Shown piece after piece: positions 19,312-29,548 of a stretch of DNA of 64,000 nt. The DNA comes from an uncultured virus (IMG/VR IMGVR_UViG_3300002219_000864) (Duplodnaviria > Heunggongvirae > Uroviricota > Caudoviricetes), in IMG/VR virus record IMGVR_UViG_3300002219_000864, positions 1 through 64,000 of that record. One strand, 5' to 3'. A program made the position numbers and the translations under genes. The first letter of the stretch is position 1. Each line of letters opens with the position of its first letter. Under the pieces are notes generated by a model. The model was not told the DNA's origin, made no database searches, and saw only the letters and a list, made by a program, of their open reading frames with translations.

Positions 19312-22178
19312 CTATTGCCGTAATGTCATACCGGTGACGTCTTTCCATTCGCCCCCCGTTTGTACCTGTATTGCGGTTACGTCCTTCCACTCACCGTCAA
19401 TTTGGATTATGGCCCCTAAATTCCCGTACGCTATCCCGCCCAGGGCAATGTTCGGCATCGTCAACGCATGGGCCGCGTCGTTGATGGTGAGCGTCCCGGG
19501 CATGACAAGGCCAACGTTCGGCATGGTGAGGCCATGGGTCGCGTCGGCAATCGTCAGCGTGTCCGGCATCGTGAGGGTTACATTTCCCATGGTCAACGCG
19601 TGTGCGCTGTCCTCGATCACGAGCTCTTGTGCTGTTGACACGATCAGAACGATACCCGTCATGGTAATGCCGTGCGCCGTGTCGTGGATCGTCATTTCGA
19701 CAATCTTGAGCAGGGTCGCGGCGGATCCGGTGATAGTAAATATGTTCCGGAAGGCCGGCTGCTGGAATACGGTGGCGATGTGGACTTTGTCGCCGTTTAC
19801 GCCCTGGAATGACCATGTAAAATCCACGTCTCCTGTGTCGCCGTAACGATGCGACAGGCCATGGGCGAAATGCCCGGTGTTCAAATTGGCTATTACGGTC
19901 TGATCCACCCCTGGCGTGATCGCGTACCAGGCAATCGTGTGAACCAGCCAGTCGAAGGGGAATTGTCCCGGCTGCACGTCCTCGACCGTGTTGGATATTT
20001 CAGCGCCGTAATTAACAAACGATGCCGCAACGTCGCCGAACGGGTCATATTGGTTGACGTTATAGTAATGTTCAACCCGGTAGATGGTCCATGTGCCTTG
20101 CGAGTCGTTCAGCGTGATCGCAAACTCCGATTCTACGTGGGGCGGGTTTACAAGGCACCACAGTTCACCCCGGTGGTAGCCCGATCCTGTTCCCTCGACT
20201 TCGGCAAGTTTCGTGAATTCTCTTCCCCCGAGGGTAACGGACGCGATCTCCGCGCGGCTGTCCAGGCCAAACAATACGATCGCGATGTCGTCCGGCAGAT
20301 CTGTCGGAGTCCATGTGGTTGTCAGCGACGCCTGGGCGAATTCCCCTTCCCATGCGTCGGCAGCATAGCGCGTGATAACGGTTTCGCTTTTGTCGGGATC
20401 CGCGGCAAGGATATGGTCTTTTAAAAGCCCCGTTCCCGTTCCCGTGACGGCTAACGTTCCCGGCGAGGCCAGGACGCCCTGCGTTCTTTCAAATGTCGCC
20501 ACTGTGCCGGTGACGGCGAAGGTGCCCTTTGAGACGCTGAAAAGGTATGATCGGCATAGGTCTGCTGCCGAGCCGGTGACTGCNNCGCTGCCGCAATACC
20601 CATTCCCGCCACAAAATCAACTGCCGTGCAGGTTATGGCATACGATCCCGCGCTCGCGCCGAGTATTCTGCTGTACAGAAATGTCGCCGCTGTTCCGGTG
20701 ACGGTATATTCGTCGGATGACGCGGCCAGGACGTGCGAGCGAATGAAGCCCGCCGCAGTGCCCGTAACGGCAAATGAGCCTTCCGAAGCCGGCACAAGGC
20801 TCAATGACTTCTTGAGGGTCTTACCGCCGACGGGACCCATTATGTAGAAATCAGCGGATTCCGCTGTCAGTGTCCGCACTGTTTGTGTGTACGTCAGGGT
20901 GGCTGCTGTCCCGGATACGACGTACGATCCAGCCCCGGCGCCTACCAGGCTGCTTTTTTTAAGGGTGGCTGCTGTCCCGGTGACGGAGTACGATGAACCG
21001 GTTGCATCAAGGGTCCTGTTAACCGGAAGGGTAAACTCGACTTGCAGCCCATACTGATAACAAGTGCAGCTTCCAGTACCTTCAAGATCATAACCCCATA
21101 CCCAAGCCCGATAATCTTGTGTTGCATCCAAAGAAGCATAAATGTCATCAGCATCAACTGCCTGGTCTTGGGGAACGCTGCCTGACGTTAATTCACCACC
21201 ACCCAGTGACAGAGATGCAACATTACCAGTACCATTCCATTCCCTTAGAATAACTCCGAAAGAAACATCTGTTTGACCACCACCAAAGGCATGGGCGAAG
21301 AACTTAGCCGTTATCGTCTTACATGACCAATCTGCCTTGGTAAACTCAAAATAAATTGGTACATATATACCAGTGGGTAAAGAACCTGACATTTGCGGAA
21401 CAGCTATGAGCGAACAGCTTTTAGAGAAGTTTTGCTGTACGATGATAAGTGAGGCTCCACTGGTGTAACCAGTTCCAGCGCCACCGTCTTTCTGCCGAAT
21501 ACCATATTCTTTTGCATCGGCAATGCTTGCCTTTATATCGGCTGACCTGTTTCTGCCATACGTTGTGCTGTTGGAAGTTAGCTCTACAATTTGTGCTGAA
21601 TTGCTCTTGTTGTAAAGCTCACAGCCCATGCTGACAGCCCCAGTGCTGTGCATCAGCTCTGCTTCAAAAAAGATTCCCGTAATGCCATCATACATATCGG
21701 CATCGTACATCCATGAATATGAATTGCCTACATAGCCATAAGAGCCAGCCGTTGTGCCATCGGGCATACCAGCAAGGTCAATGTAGGTGGCAGTCTTGGT
21801 AATCGTTCCTGACTGCTTGATGACCAGTCGGCATCCGCCAAGCTGGCCGTTTCCTACTGCTCTTTTAGCCCTTACATGGTATTCGGTGTTGTCGGTGAGG
21901 GTGATAGCCCCAGAACGGACAAGGGTAGGGGTAGTTGTTCCTGTCAGTGAGATTTCAGAGCCTTCTACTTGATTGCCAGCCCCATCGTAGAGGGCTGCAT
22001 AGATAGTTCTTGCAGCACCCACTGGATCGAGGGTAGCGTCAAAGAAAACTTCTATCGTACCGTCATACAGGTCGGCATCCCAATATCTGTGGACGATATT
22101 GCCAATGGCCGCATAAGAGGTTGCAGATATGGCCTCTATATCTGTCTGAAGCGATATCTGTTGGACAATACTGGCCAT
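19312..22178 (-). CDS. Repeat-rich fibre/virion protein; probably one ~955-aa gene split by N bases at 20584-20585
   Basis: GS(Y/F)xVTGTAA ~22-aa repeats continue across the NN in the other frame (AVTGSAADLCRSYLFSVSKGTFAVTGTVATFERT...), joining ORFs 20451-22178 and 19312-20502. Confidence 0.7.
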
Positions 22179-22213
22179 TTCACTCCCTTTTTACTCCCCC
22201 TGCATGGCGGTTA

Positions 22214-22245
22214 TGCCGGGTACGGGCTTGAACCCGCACCCGGCA
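22214..22245 (-). other. GC-rich intergenic stem-loop
   Basis: Minus strand TGCCGGGTGCGGG-TTCAAG-CCCGTACCCGGCA, 13-bp stem with one G-U pair; no U-tract. Confidence 0.5.
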
Positions 22246-22255
22246 CCTGTGATTC

Positions 22256-22666
22256 TTACGTTATGGTGAATATGGAGGCCCCGAAATCGACCTTGAACTT
22301 CTCGCCATTGGCAAGGGAAATGCTTGAGCCGTAATCCCACCAGCCGATAAGCGCATCATTACCATGGGTATCATTATAGAGGACTGCGTATCTGAACGGC
22401 CCCACTGCCCCCGTCGCAGTCCACTCCACGTCGACGCCGGTCACCGAAGCGGTGCCGCTTGATTCTGCCACGTCATTCTGGATGTCTGCGGCGGCATAGC
22501 CGTTCTGCTCGGTAATGCCTGCAAGGTCGGTCAAGACGGCATCGTCAGCGGCGCTTGGCGCGTTGTTCGTCAGGTATACCTTGACGACATCCCCTGCCGC
22601 ATGGAGGTGGTGCGCCCCCTTTGCCAGTTCTTCCACAAATTTGTTAAACTTGTTGAAATCAGCCAT
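22256..22666 (-). CDS. Small phage structural protein
   Basis: 136 aa; KVYLT...NGY...FRYAVLYNDT...LIGWWDYGSSISLANGE pattern recurrent in phage structural regions; AAAGGAG SD. Confidence 0.65.
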   Translation of the reverse strand: MADFNKFNKFVEELAKGAHHLHAAGDVVKVYLTNNAPSAADDAVLTDLAGITEQNGYAAADIQNDVAESSGTASVTGVDVEWTATGAVGPFRYAVLYNDTHGNDALIGWWDYGSSISLANGEKFKVDFGASIFTIT

Positions 22667-22679
22667 GATTGTTCTCCTT

Positions 22680-23087
22680 TTATGCTGGTAGTGATGGGTC
22701 TGCCACTTCTATGTCCCACGCCGGAAAGGTGATGGTGCCGCCCGCCACGAGCGTTAATTCTTCGCACGTTGTGACGTACACCAATTTCTGGTCCGTGTAC
22801 GTACCGTTGTAATACGCTGTCAAAGCGACGTGCGTCGCCAGCCCGCTGTTCGTTATGGGCGCATCTGCCACCTCGGGGATCGTCATCTTCCGTCCCCAAG
22901 TATCACCGTCCTCCTGTGTCACGGATGACAAGTCAACCACTGTCTCGGCGAGCATATACGTTGTCCTGGCCTCGTCGAAGGTCAGCGGCTGCGCGCTACA
23001 TGCGCTGAGCCTCGTGTCATACGGAAGCCCCGCGCGAATAATCTCCAAAAAAAAATCCAGGATCTCGTCAGTTATCCACTGGGCCAT
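22680..23087 (-). CDS. Phage structural protein, paralogue of 23241-23615
   Basis: CSAQPLTFDEARTTYMLAE...SGLATHVAL...VTTC..LVAGGTITFPAWDI. Confidence 0.65.
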   Translation of the reverse strand: MAQWITDEILDFFLEIIRAGLPYDTRLSACSAQPLTFDEARTTYMLAETVVDLSSVTQEDGDTWGRKMTIPEVADAPITNSGLATHVALTAYYNGTYTDQKLVYVTTCEELTLVAGGTITFPAWDIEVADPSLPA

Positions 23088-23229
23088 GGCCTTTCTCCTG
23101 TTTTGGTTTGGTTGTTGTGCCGATCGAGATGCTGTGTACCTTCAAGACTACCGGTTTTTGTTCTTCCTTGAGGATTTCCTTGAACCTGGTCTCTAATCTG
23201 CAAATCCTACATTTTAAAGATTCTTTCAT
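23068..23229 (-). CDS. Hypothetical 53-aa protein
   Basis: GAGGAG SD before MKESLKC; fills the gap between the two paralogues. Confidence 0.4.
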   Translation of the reverse strand: MKESLKCRICRLETRFKEILKEEQKPVVLKVHSISIGTTTKPKQEKGHGPVDN

Positions 23230-23240
23230 CGTCGTCTCCT

Positions 23241-23615
23241 CTATGTCGGCTGCCCCAGGATGATCTCCCACGAGGGCACCGTGACCTTTCCGCCGCTTAC
23301 CAGTGCTTGCGTGTCGCACGTGGTGACGGCAACAAGGGCAAACGTGGTTGCGGGGTTCTCCCTCACCAGCGCGATGTGCGTTGCATCCCCTGATCCGGTT
23401 ATGTCGAGTCCCTCGGCCACGGGTATGGTGAGTTTTCCCGCGTCGTCGGGTACAATATCCGCGTAGTCAAATTCTTTTTCCGCAAGGTTGTACGTTGTCC
23501 GCGCCTCTTCAACCGTGGCGGGCTGCGCGCTGCATACACACTCGTAAACCTTGTAATTTCCTCTGATAAGCCCTATTCCCAGGGCCAAATACAACTCCAA
23601 GCAATGCTTTGCCAT
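23241..23615 (-). CDS. Phage structural protein, paralogue of 22680-23087
   Basis: CSAQPATVEEARTTYNLAE...SGDATHIAL...VTTC..LVSGGKVTVPSWEI. Confidence 0.65.
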   Translation of the reverse strand: MAKHCLELYLALGIGLIRGNYKVYECVCSAQPATVEEARTTYNLAEKEFDYADIVPDDAGKLTIPVAEGLDITGSGDATHIALVRENPATTFALVAVTTCDTQALVSGGKVTVPSWEIILGQPT

Positions 23616-23627
23616 TACCGGCCTCCC

Positions 23628-24275
23628 TTATGGAGTGTACTGAAAGTAAATGGACCCTTCCGGGACCGTTGACGCATCCGGCGGATCACCCGTGCCATAG
23701 AACAGCGTCACCCGCTTGTAAACCAGCGGCCAGGTTATGGCCGCGATCGCCGATCTCGCCTTTGCTTCCGCAGCCGCTCCGGTGCCGAACCATGAAGGGC
23801 AGCACTCTTTCACCGCTCCCGGGCCGAAGACGACCGAGCCGGCACCCGTGAACACCGGGTACAGCCCTGCCGAAAAGGATCCGGTAAAGGTGAGCGTCTT
23901 CCCGGTTGCCACGTTGTAAGTAACTCCCTTGGGCGGGGCTACATTTGTTGTTACCGTCCTGTCTGCCGCGACGGCATATTCCCCGAGGACGATGTCCTCG
24001 ATGTACACGTTGTCAATGGTAAGGGCCGTCATGGTGCCCTTGGAGCATACGATCTTGAAGGTTTGATCAACATCGTAGTCGAAGGCGTCAACATAAAAGG
24101 TGTACCGCCCGGCCTCGTCGGACACGATTCCGTTGACGGCTGTTTCCCCGGTCAGCGTCGTGTAGATGTCCGCCGGGGTTGTCGTCCCTGCCAGGAAGAC
24201 AGAAACCGACGCGCTGGCTACGATGTTCCCGTGTCGGTCACGGACGGTTGCGCTGTATTTTCTCCGCATCGTCAA
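23628..24275 (-). CDS. Virion structural protein resembling a tail-spike N-terminal anchor domain
   Basis: V.VFLAGTTTPADIY...SDEAGRYTFYV pattern of tail-spike N-termini; overlaps the upstream stop. Confidence 0.55.
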   Translation of the reverse strand: MTMRRKYSATVRDRHGNIVASASVSVFLAGTTTPADIYTTLTGETAVNGIVSDEAGRYTFYVDAFDYDVDQTFKIVCSKGTMTALTIDNVYIEDIVLGEYAVAADRTVTTNVAPPKGVTYNVATGKTLTFTGSFSAGLYPVFTGAGSVVFGPGAVKECCPSWFGTGAAAEAKARSAIAAITWPLVYKRVTLFYGTGDPPDASTVPEGSIYFQYTP

Positions 24276-27055
24276 TCTCCTTCGTTATAGAGCCATGACC
24301 TGGCCAAAGCCCCGTAAGGCTGGTTGGGCTTGACCCGCTGGTGTTCGATCTCGTAGTGGTACATCCACAAGAGCGGCTCGAAGGCTATGTCCTCGTCGTC
24401 GCAGGAAAAGGACGCTTTGCCGGAATGGAAGACTGCATAGGGTGACTTCACCTTGGCGATCATGTTCGCCACCCGTTTCCCGTCCGCCCTGGGGGCCAGG
24501 GTAATATCCCGGTCCATGACTGTCACGTTCGTGTCGAGGTAATGGTCGTACGTCACGTTGTCGGTGGACACTTCCTTGGCCATGCAGAGGATCTGCACCT
24601 GTTCGCATCGTGTCTCGATGGTAGGATCCCCCGTAAGGGCGACGTCGCCGGGCCACATGGTACATACAATGTCGTCTCCGTCGAAGCTGGTGCCGTATTC
24701 AAGGCGCTTGACATAAGCGTCGCTGCACGTGCCGTAGGTGTAGTGCTTTTTATAGGTGTCCTTCACGGAAAAGCCGAATTCGAGGAGGTGGCTCCCCCGG
24801 TCGATCTCGAACCATTCCATGGTTTGGAGGTTGAGGACCATTTCCTTTCTTGTTTCTGCCGTGCCGGAAAGAAAAAGCCAGTGGTATTCGAGAAGGTCGT
24901 AGTCCATGAAGCCCACTGATTTGTCCAAATTGTAAGGGAGGATGTAGTCGTCGTGCCTCGGGTCAAAATATTGCTCGATGTCCTTGCTCACGATCCGTGG
25001 CGGGCGCCCGTCACTAATGAAGATGCCGGTGGCTCCCTGGCCGATGGCGACGGTTGTGCCGAATCCAGGTATGGATATGGGGAGGTTGGCGACAACCAGC
25101 GTGTCGGGGGCGGCCAGCCCGTCGTAGCGGGAAAGCTCATGGCGTTTCCAATCGGGTCCGGTGCCGGTGAGAAGAAAGGTTGCCGTCTTCTTGAAGATAA
25201 GGATGGGGCTGTAATACTCCGATCCCTGGATGCTGAAGAGGTGACAGCCTCCCGTTATGGGGCTTTCATCTCCCATGGTAAACGTGACGTGTTCGGACCC
25301 GTTTATGACCGACGGCCTGCTCACGGGGGAGCATTCGAGCGTGTTCTCCTTCACAAGGAAGAGTCGGTCCTGGGCAACGAAGGCGCTGGTGCTTCCGGTC
25401 AGCGGCACCGGCATAGGGATACCGACAATCTTGTCTACCCACACGTCGCTGTCCGATAGGTATGTTGACCAATACACGCAGTAATAGAACAGCTCAACAT
25501 CGTTGTTGACGCACGTCTTGAATTCTACTGATGCCGCCGGGGGCGTCCACGTGACCGTGCCCGACAACCAGAGCGATTTGCCGTCGTTCACTGTTCCGTC
25601 CCGGATGTCCGCGCAGCGCACCCAGGTTGTGCCGTTGAAGTAATCGACGCGAATGATCGCCGCCCTTCTGTTCCGGTCATCCTGTGACATGGTAATCTGC
25701 AATCCCGTCAGCCTCACTGCGCTGCCAAAGTACATTCTGTCGGCCGCCTTGAAGCCGCTGAGATTCATGGCGAAAGACGGGTTGCTTCTCCAGCTCCCGA
25801 CATACACCTTGACGTTATCTTGTTCTGCCACCACGGTGGTGTAGTCGATGTACTTATCTGTCGAGGGGCTTTTCCATGCCGCGAGAAGCGGCGTTGGCGT
25901 TCCGTCCCATATATTCGTCAATAATTGCATGGGCGCGTCGATGGTGACAAAATACAGTATGGGCCTGCTCGTTCCCGAGTTCGGCACGTTCTTGAAGCGG
26001 AAGCGATACCAATAAAGCATCCTTCCGAAGATTAGGGCCGGTTCAACCAGGGCGGTTGTGTCGGACAAGAACGTAACGGATCCTGTTTGTGTCAGCGTGT
26101 TGGTGCCGGTCTTGGTGCCGTCGGTGTTCAAAACATCCTGCATCCCGCCGTTGGCCCAATAGGCCGTCTCGCAGTTTTGGGTTGCCGGGGTGTAGCCCAC
26201 GGGATTCTGAACGTAAAACTTCGCCCCGTTGATGCGGTAGGGCGACCCGATGTACACATCCGCGCTGTACACGCCGAGGCTGTATGAGAGGCCGGTCACG
26301 ATGGCAACATTCCGGTCGTCGGTGAAGGTGTTCTGAAGATGGTCGGTGAAATCGAACATGTCGTCCATGTCCGGCATGGGAAAAGCTGCCGTGCTTGCGT
26401 TCACCACTGCTCCGGCCCTGTGTTCCGTTCCCGGCCATATGAGGATCTTGGCGCTGTTGGCGTAAACGAGCGAGCCGTCCGTTGTAAGGGAAAATGCCCC
26501 GTGAAGGGTCCCCTCCCGGCATATCCACACGGACGTATTGTCAAGGATTGTAGCCAGCGGAGTTGTCGGCCACGTGGGTTCGGTGGTTCCATGGGTGGTA
26601 CCGGCCTTGACGCACTCGTAATGGTATCCGCTGTGCGTCGTCGGGAAGACGATGGTGCCCTTCGTGACTGCCGTTGCCGCTGCCCATTTCTCGGCCACGC
26701 TGTAAAGCATGGTGCCGAAGGTGTCGGCACTGGGGATGGCGCCGTCGAGGGTGTACAGGCGCAGGGAGTTCTCCGCGTAATTGTACGCCTCGACAACGAT
26801 GTGGCTTTCGTAGGGTTCCTCTTTGACGAAATGGATGGCGTTTCGTATCTTTGCGGCGCGGTTCTGCGCATCCTCGAAGGTCAGGGCCGCAGTCGTAACT
26901 TTCGTCATGCCCCCCACTGCCCTCTTGTGCGTCGCGGTGGGCCTCAAGTTCTTCAGCTCACGGAAGTTCTCGCCAACCATGATAGGATCAACGGCCTCGA
27001 TGAGCCTTCCCGTCATGGGGATCGAGCGTATCTTGTAGGGAATTGCTTCCGGCAT
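24272..27055 (-). CDS. Tail tubular protein B / nozzle-like protein
   Basis: 927 aa, beta-rich, directly after the adaptor gene; contains a WAAATAV..G...YEC.KAGT..TEPTWPT module. Confidence 0.65.
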   Translation of the reverse strand: MPEAIPYKIRSIPMTGRLIEAVDPIMVGENFRELKNLRPTATHKRAVGGMTKVTTAALTFEDAQNRAAKIRNAIHFVKEEPYESHIVVEAYNYAENSLRLYTLDGAIPSADTFGTMLYSVAEKWAAATAVTKGTIVFPTTHSGYHYECVKAGTTHGTTEPTWPTTPLATILDNTSVWICREGTLHGAFSLTTDGSLVYANSAKILIWPGTEHRAGAVVNASTAAFPMPDMDDMFDFTDHLQNTFTDDRNVAIVTGLSYSLGVYSADVYIGSPYRINGAKFYVQNPVGYTPATQNCETAYWANGGMQDVLNTDGTKTGTNTLTQTGSVTFLSDTTALVEPALIFGRMLYWYRFRFKNVPNSGTSRPILYFVTIDAPMQLLTNIWDGTPTPLLAAWKSPSTDKYIDYTTVVAEQDNVKVYVGSWRSNPSFAMNLSGFKAADRMYFGSAVRLTGLQITMSQDDRNRRAAIIRVDYFNGTTWVRCADIRDGTVNDGKSLWLSGTVTWTPPAASVEFKTCVNNDVELFYYCVYWSTYLSDSDVWVDKIVGIPMPVPLTGSTSAFVAQDRLFLVKENTLECSPVSRPSVINGSEHVTFTMGDESPITGGCHLFSIQGSEYYSPILIFKKTATFLLTGTGPDWKRHELSRYDGLAAPDTLVVANLPISIPGFGTTVAIGQGATGIFISDGRPPRIVSKDIEQYFDPRHDDYILPYNLDKSVGFMDYDLLEYHWLFLSGTAETRKEMVLNLQTMEWFEIDRGSHLLEFGFSVKDTYKKHYTYGTCSDAYVKRLEYGTSFDGDDIVCTMWPGDVALTGDPTIETRCEQVQILCMAKEVSTDNVTYDHYLDTNVTVMDRDITLAPRADGKRVANMIAKVKSPYAVFHSGKASFSCDDEDIAFEPLLWMYHYEIEHQRVKPNQPYGALARSWLYNEGD

Positions 27056-27066
27056 GGCTTACCCTT

Positions 27067-28026
27067 TTATATGCGGTATTTGCTGCTTGCTCCGCGTCCT
27101 TTGAGCTGCGTAGCAACTCTCATTTGTTCGATCGATGCCGTTTTCCTGGGACCGAATACGGCGGTGAACAATTCCAGGTGCGTCATGGACCGTTGAAGGT
27201 CGAGGGTCTTCTTCCCGTTCTTCTTGTATGCCAAATAGCATATGTAGTCGATCAGATCGCGGTGGTACTGCTCCGGGATCTCCGGCGAGGACGATACAAC
27301 CACGGGTTCCCCTGCTGCCTCGTTTATGATCGTTTCCGAAACGGTCAGCACGGTTTTGGCAACGGTGGTAATAGTGTAGTCTCCGTCATTACTTACCGAG
27401 CCTTTGATGTTCACCGTTCCCCCCGCCTGGTAGCCATCGGTTGTAAACGAACCGGCAGCGCGGCGGATCTGCTTGGTTGTCTCGTCAAAAGAGATGTCCG
27501 TTCCGTATTCTGGTACAGCCATGGGAAAGCGTGGGAGAATGGCAACGGTGAAATAGGCGGTGTACGCAGCGTCCGGTATGGGCCAAAAGAGCAATTCGGT
27601 GCCGATCTCGGCAATGAGATACTCGGGCACCCCGGAAATAGATGCTGCGGCAAGCGTCAAAGCATCCTCGCCTTCCACGTTCATAAGCTGTTGCCTGGTT
27701 ACTATGGAAAGGGGGTACTCTTCGTCTTTTAACCGCGCCGAAATGATCTCGATGATCTTCGGGTTCCTGACATACTCGGCAATGCCTGTCGTGATGGCGA
27801 CCGTGCAATAGGCGTCGGCCTCTTTGCTTGGCAAGGCAGGGTTTGCCGTGCCGAATATGTCGCTCGTATGCCGGTAGCGCAAACAAAGGGAGCGGGCTGC
27901 TGCCTCCCGTTCGGCCTTGTTGAAATAGTTGGTCAGTTCCTCGATGCCCCAAAAGTGTTCGGTGGCCTCGTCTTCCAGGGCTGTCCATGCTCCGTCATAG
28001 TCAACGATCAATTCGTAGAGGGTCAT
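27067..28026 (-). CDS. Head-tail adaptor (tail tubular protein A-like)
   Basis: W..EELTNYFNKAERE, LLFWPIPDAAY and PEIPEQYHRDLIDY motifs typical of podoviral adaptors. Confidence 0.75.
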   Translation of the reverse strand: MTLYELIVDYDGAWTALEDEATEHFWGIEELTNYFNKAEREAAARSLCLRYRHTSDIFGTANPALPSKEADAYCTVAITTGIAEYVRNPKIIEIISARLKDEEYPLSIVTRQQLMNVEGEDALTLAAASISGVPEYLIAEIGTELLFWPIPDAAYTAYFTVAILPRFPMAVPEYGTDISFDETTKQIRRAAGSFTTDGYQAGGTVNIKGSVSNDGDYTITTVAKTVLTVSETIINEAAGEPVVVSSSPEIPEQYHRDLIDYICYLAYKKNGKKTLDLQRSMTHLELFTAVFGPRKTASIEQMRVATQLKGRGASSKYRI

Positions 28027-28422
28027 CTATTTCTTCCCTTTTTTGATCGTTACCTTTGGCCCTTCCGGTGCAGGTGTTATTTCAGCTTCCTTTATGGCGG
28101 GAATAGGCCCATCATCTTCCACACTGTCTCCGACAAGTGATACTGACGCCGTGTCCCCGCTCGGGCTCTTTTCCATCATTGTTGGTTCAGGCACACTCTG
28201 CTCTTCCTGGTTCTTTAGTGTGGGCTGTGATTCTGATTCGAAAGGTCCGCCAACAACCTTGAAAATGGCTATATTTGTTCGTAACAGATAGGCAGCGTCG
28301 CCATACTCGACTGGTGCAGTCATTTCGTTGCCTTTATCAAAGGTATATTCTGCCTTGAGGCGAGCCATGGTCAGGTGCAGGGATGGTTTCTTTCCAATGT
28401 ACTGCAGTCTCACGTATTTCAT
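28027..28422 (-). CDS. Hypothetical phage protein
   Basis: ATG at 28422 after GAGGAG; co-directional and tightly packed. Confidence 0.55.
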   Translation of the reverse strand: MKYVRLQYIGKKPSLHLTMARLKAEYTFDKGNEMTAPVEYGDAAYLLRTNIAIFKVVGGPFESESQPTLKNQEEQSVPEPTMMEKSPSGDTASVSLVGDSVEDDGPIPAIKEAEITPAPEGPKVTIKKGKK

Positions 28423-28426
28423 AATA

Positions 28427-28738
28427 TTATTTCTCCTCGACGACATTTATTTCAGGGGCTTCGAGGATCCTTCGGACGAATTCCACGTCCTCTTTCCCAT
28501 ACCCCCTCACAGTTTCGCAGGCTTTTTTCAACTCAGCATAGTCGGCCTCTTCGAGAAGCATGTGGCCCTCTGCCGCCATGATCCGTTGGGCCAGCGTGTT
28601 AGTCTTGAGCAGTTCAACTGCACTTAACTTTCTGTCCGGGTTAAAAAGTACAGTCACCGCCGAATCCTTCACGCGGTATGGCATGGTCTGCCCGTTCTGT
28701 ATGGTCACTTCATACTCCGATACGTCAAATTTCCGCAT
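28427..28738 (-). CDS. Hypothetical phage protein
   Basis: ATG at 28738 after AAAGGAG; 103 aa. Confidence 0.6.
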   Translation of the reverse strand: MRKFDVSEYEVTIQNGQTMPYRVKDSAVTVLFNPDRKLSAVELLKTNTLAQRIMAAEGHMLLEEADYAELKKACETVRGYGKEDVEFVRRILEAPEINVVEEK

Positions 28739-28763
28739 GGTTTTCTCCTTTCGTACAATAAGT

Positions 28764-28782
28764 GGGGGAGTCACCCTCCCCC
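28764..28782 (-). terminator. Possible terminator/stabilising hairpin
   Basis: GGGGGAG-GGTGA-CTCCCCC followed by ACTTATTGT on the minus strand, just after the 28787 stop. Confidence 0.4.
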
Positions 28783-28786
28783 GTTG

Positions 28787-29479
28787 TTATGCCAGTGTTG
28801 CAATCAGGTACAGGGCGCGGTTGCCTGTTTCGTCCCAGCATCTGATCTTGACGGTGTTGCCGGTAGCCCACGTTGGTTCATCTCCTGCCGCGCCGATCAC
28901 GTTGCCGGACCCCCCGGTGAACCCCGAGAAGCTCAAGGCATAGGCAGTGTCGTCAATGGCCGCGATACCGGTTGCGTTTCCGCCGTTCACGAGTCTCACG
29001 CAGGCCCACTTTCCCCCGATGGTCGAGCTTGCGCCATCGGAGTATAGCTCGGCCTGGAGCGCTGCCCCGGTACCTCCGAGGGACCTGTTCGGCACATGCA
29101 CCGTTGCCCTCACTGCTGTCCCGAGGCCGGTGACGTTCCCGGCTGAGGATCCGAAGTTCAGAGATATATGAGCCCCGTTGACCGTGTCCACCGGCGTGTT
29201 GCTGCTCACCGTGCAGAAGGCGCGTAACGCTTCTCCGCCTGCACCGCCGGTGAGATAAAGCCGCAAATACATGCCCCGGGATGTGCCGGATGGCGCAGAT
29301 GATCCCAGGTAAAATGAAATGAAATTCTTGTCTGCCAGTGACGTAGACTTGTATGAAGTCGATTTGCCCGACCCGAGGATAAGCCCGTCGTGCTGATAGA
29401 GCCCAAGGGTAATGGCGTTGAGCGCGTTCTTGTCGGGATCGCTGCTGCGCCATGTTGGTCTTCCGATAAGTAATGACAT
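28787..29479 (-). CDS. Hypothetical virion protein
   Basis: 230 aa, G/S/T-rich beta-type composition; AAAGGAGG SD. Confidence 0.6.
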   Translation of the reverse strand: MSLLIGRPTWRSSDPDKNALNAITLGLYQHDGLILGSGKSTSYKSTSLADKNFISFYLGSSAPSGTSRGMYLRLYLTGGAGGEALRAFCTVSSNTPVDTVNGAHISLNFGSSAGNVTGLGTAVRATVHVPNRSLGGTGAALQAELYSDGASSTIGGKWACVRLVNGGNATGIAAIDDTAYALSFSGFTGGSGNVIGAAGDEPTWATGNTVKIRCWDETGNRALYLIATLA

Positions 29480-29548
29480 GATAGCCCTCCTTTATAAGGG
29501 GACCGGGGCGCGGAATCATGTCCCGTTAACGCCCCGGTTTATACACGG

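Noticed and set aside
20584..20585. Frameshift or pseudogene in the fibre gene
   Set aside because: The shift falls exactly on NN bases and the repeat pattern continues in the other frame; an assembly gap is the simpler explanation.
22214..22245. tRNA fragment (GGTTCAAG resembles a T-loop)
   Set aside because: The loop is 6 nt and there are no D or anticodon arms; it is a simple hairpin.
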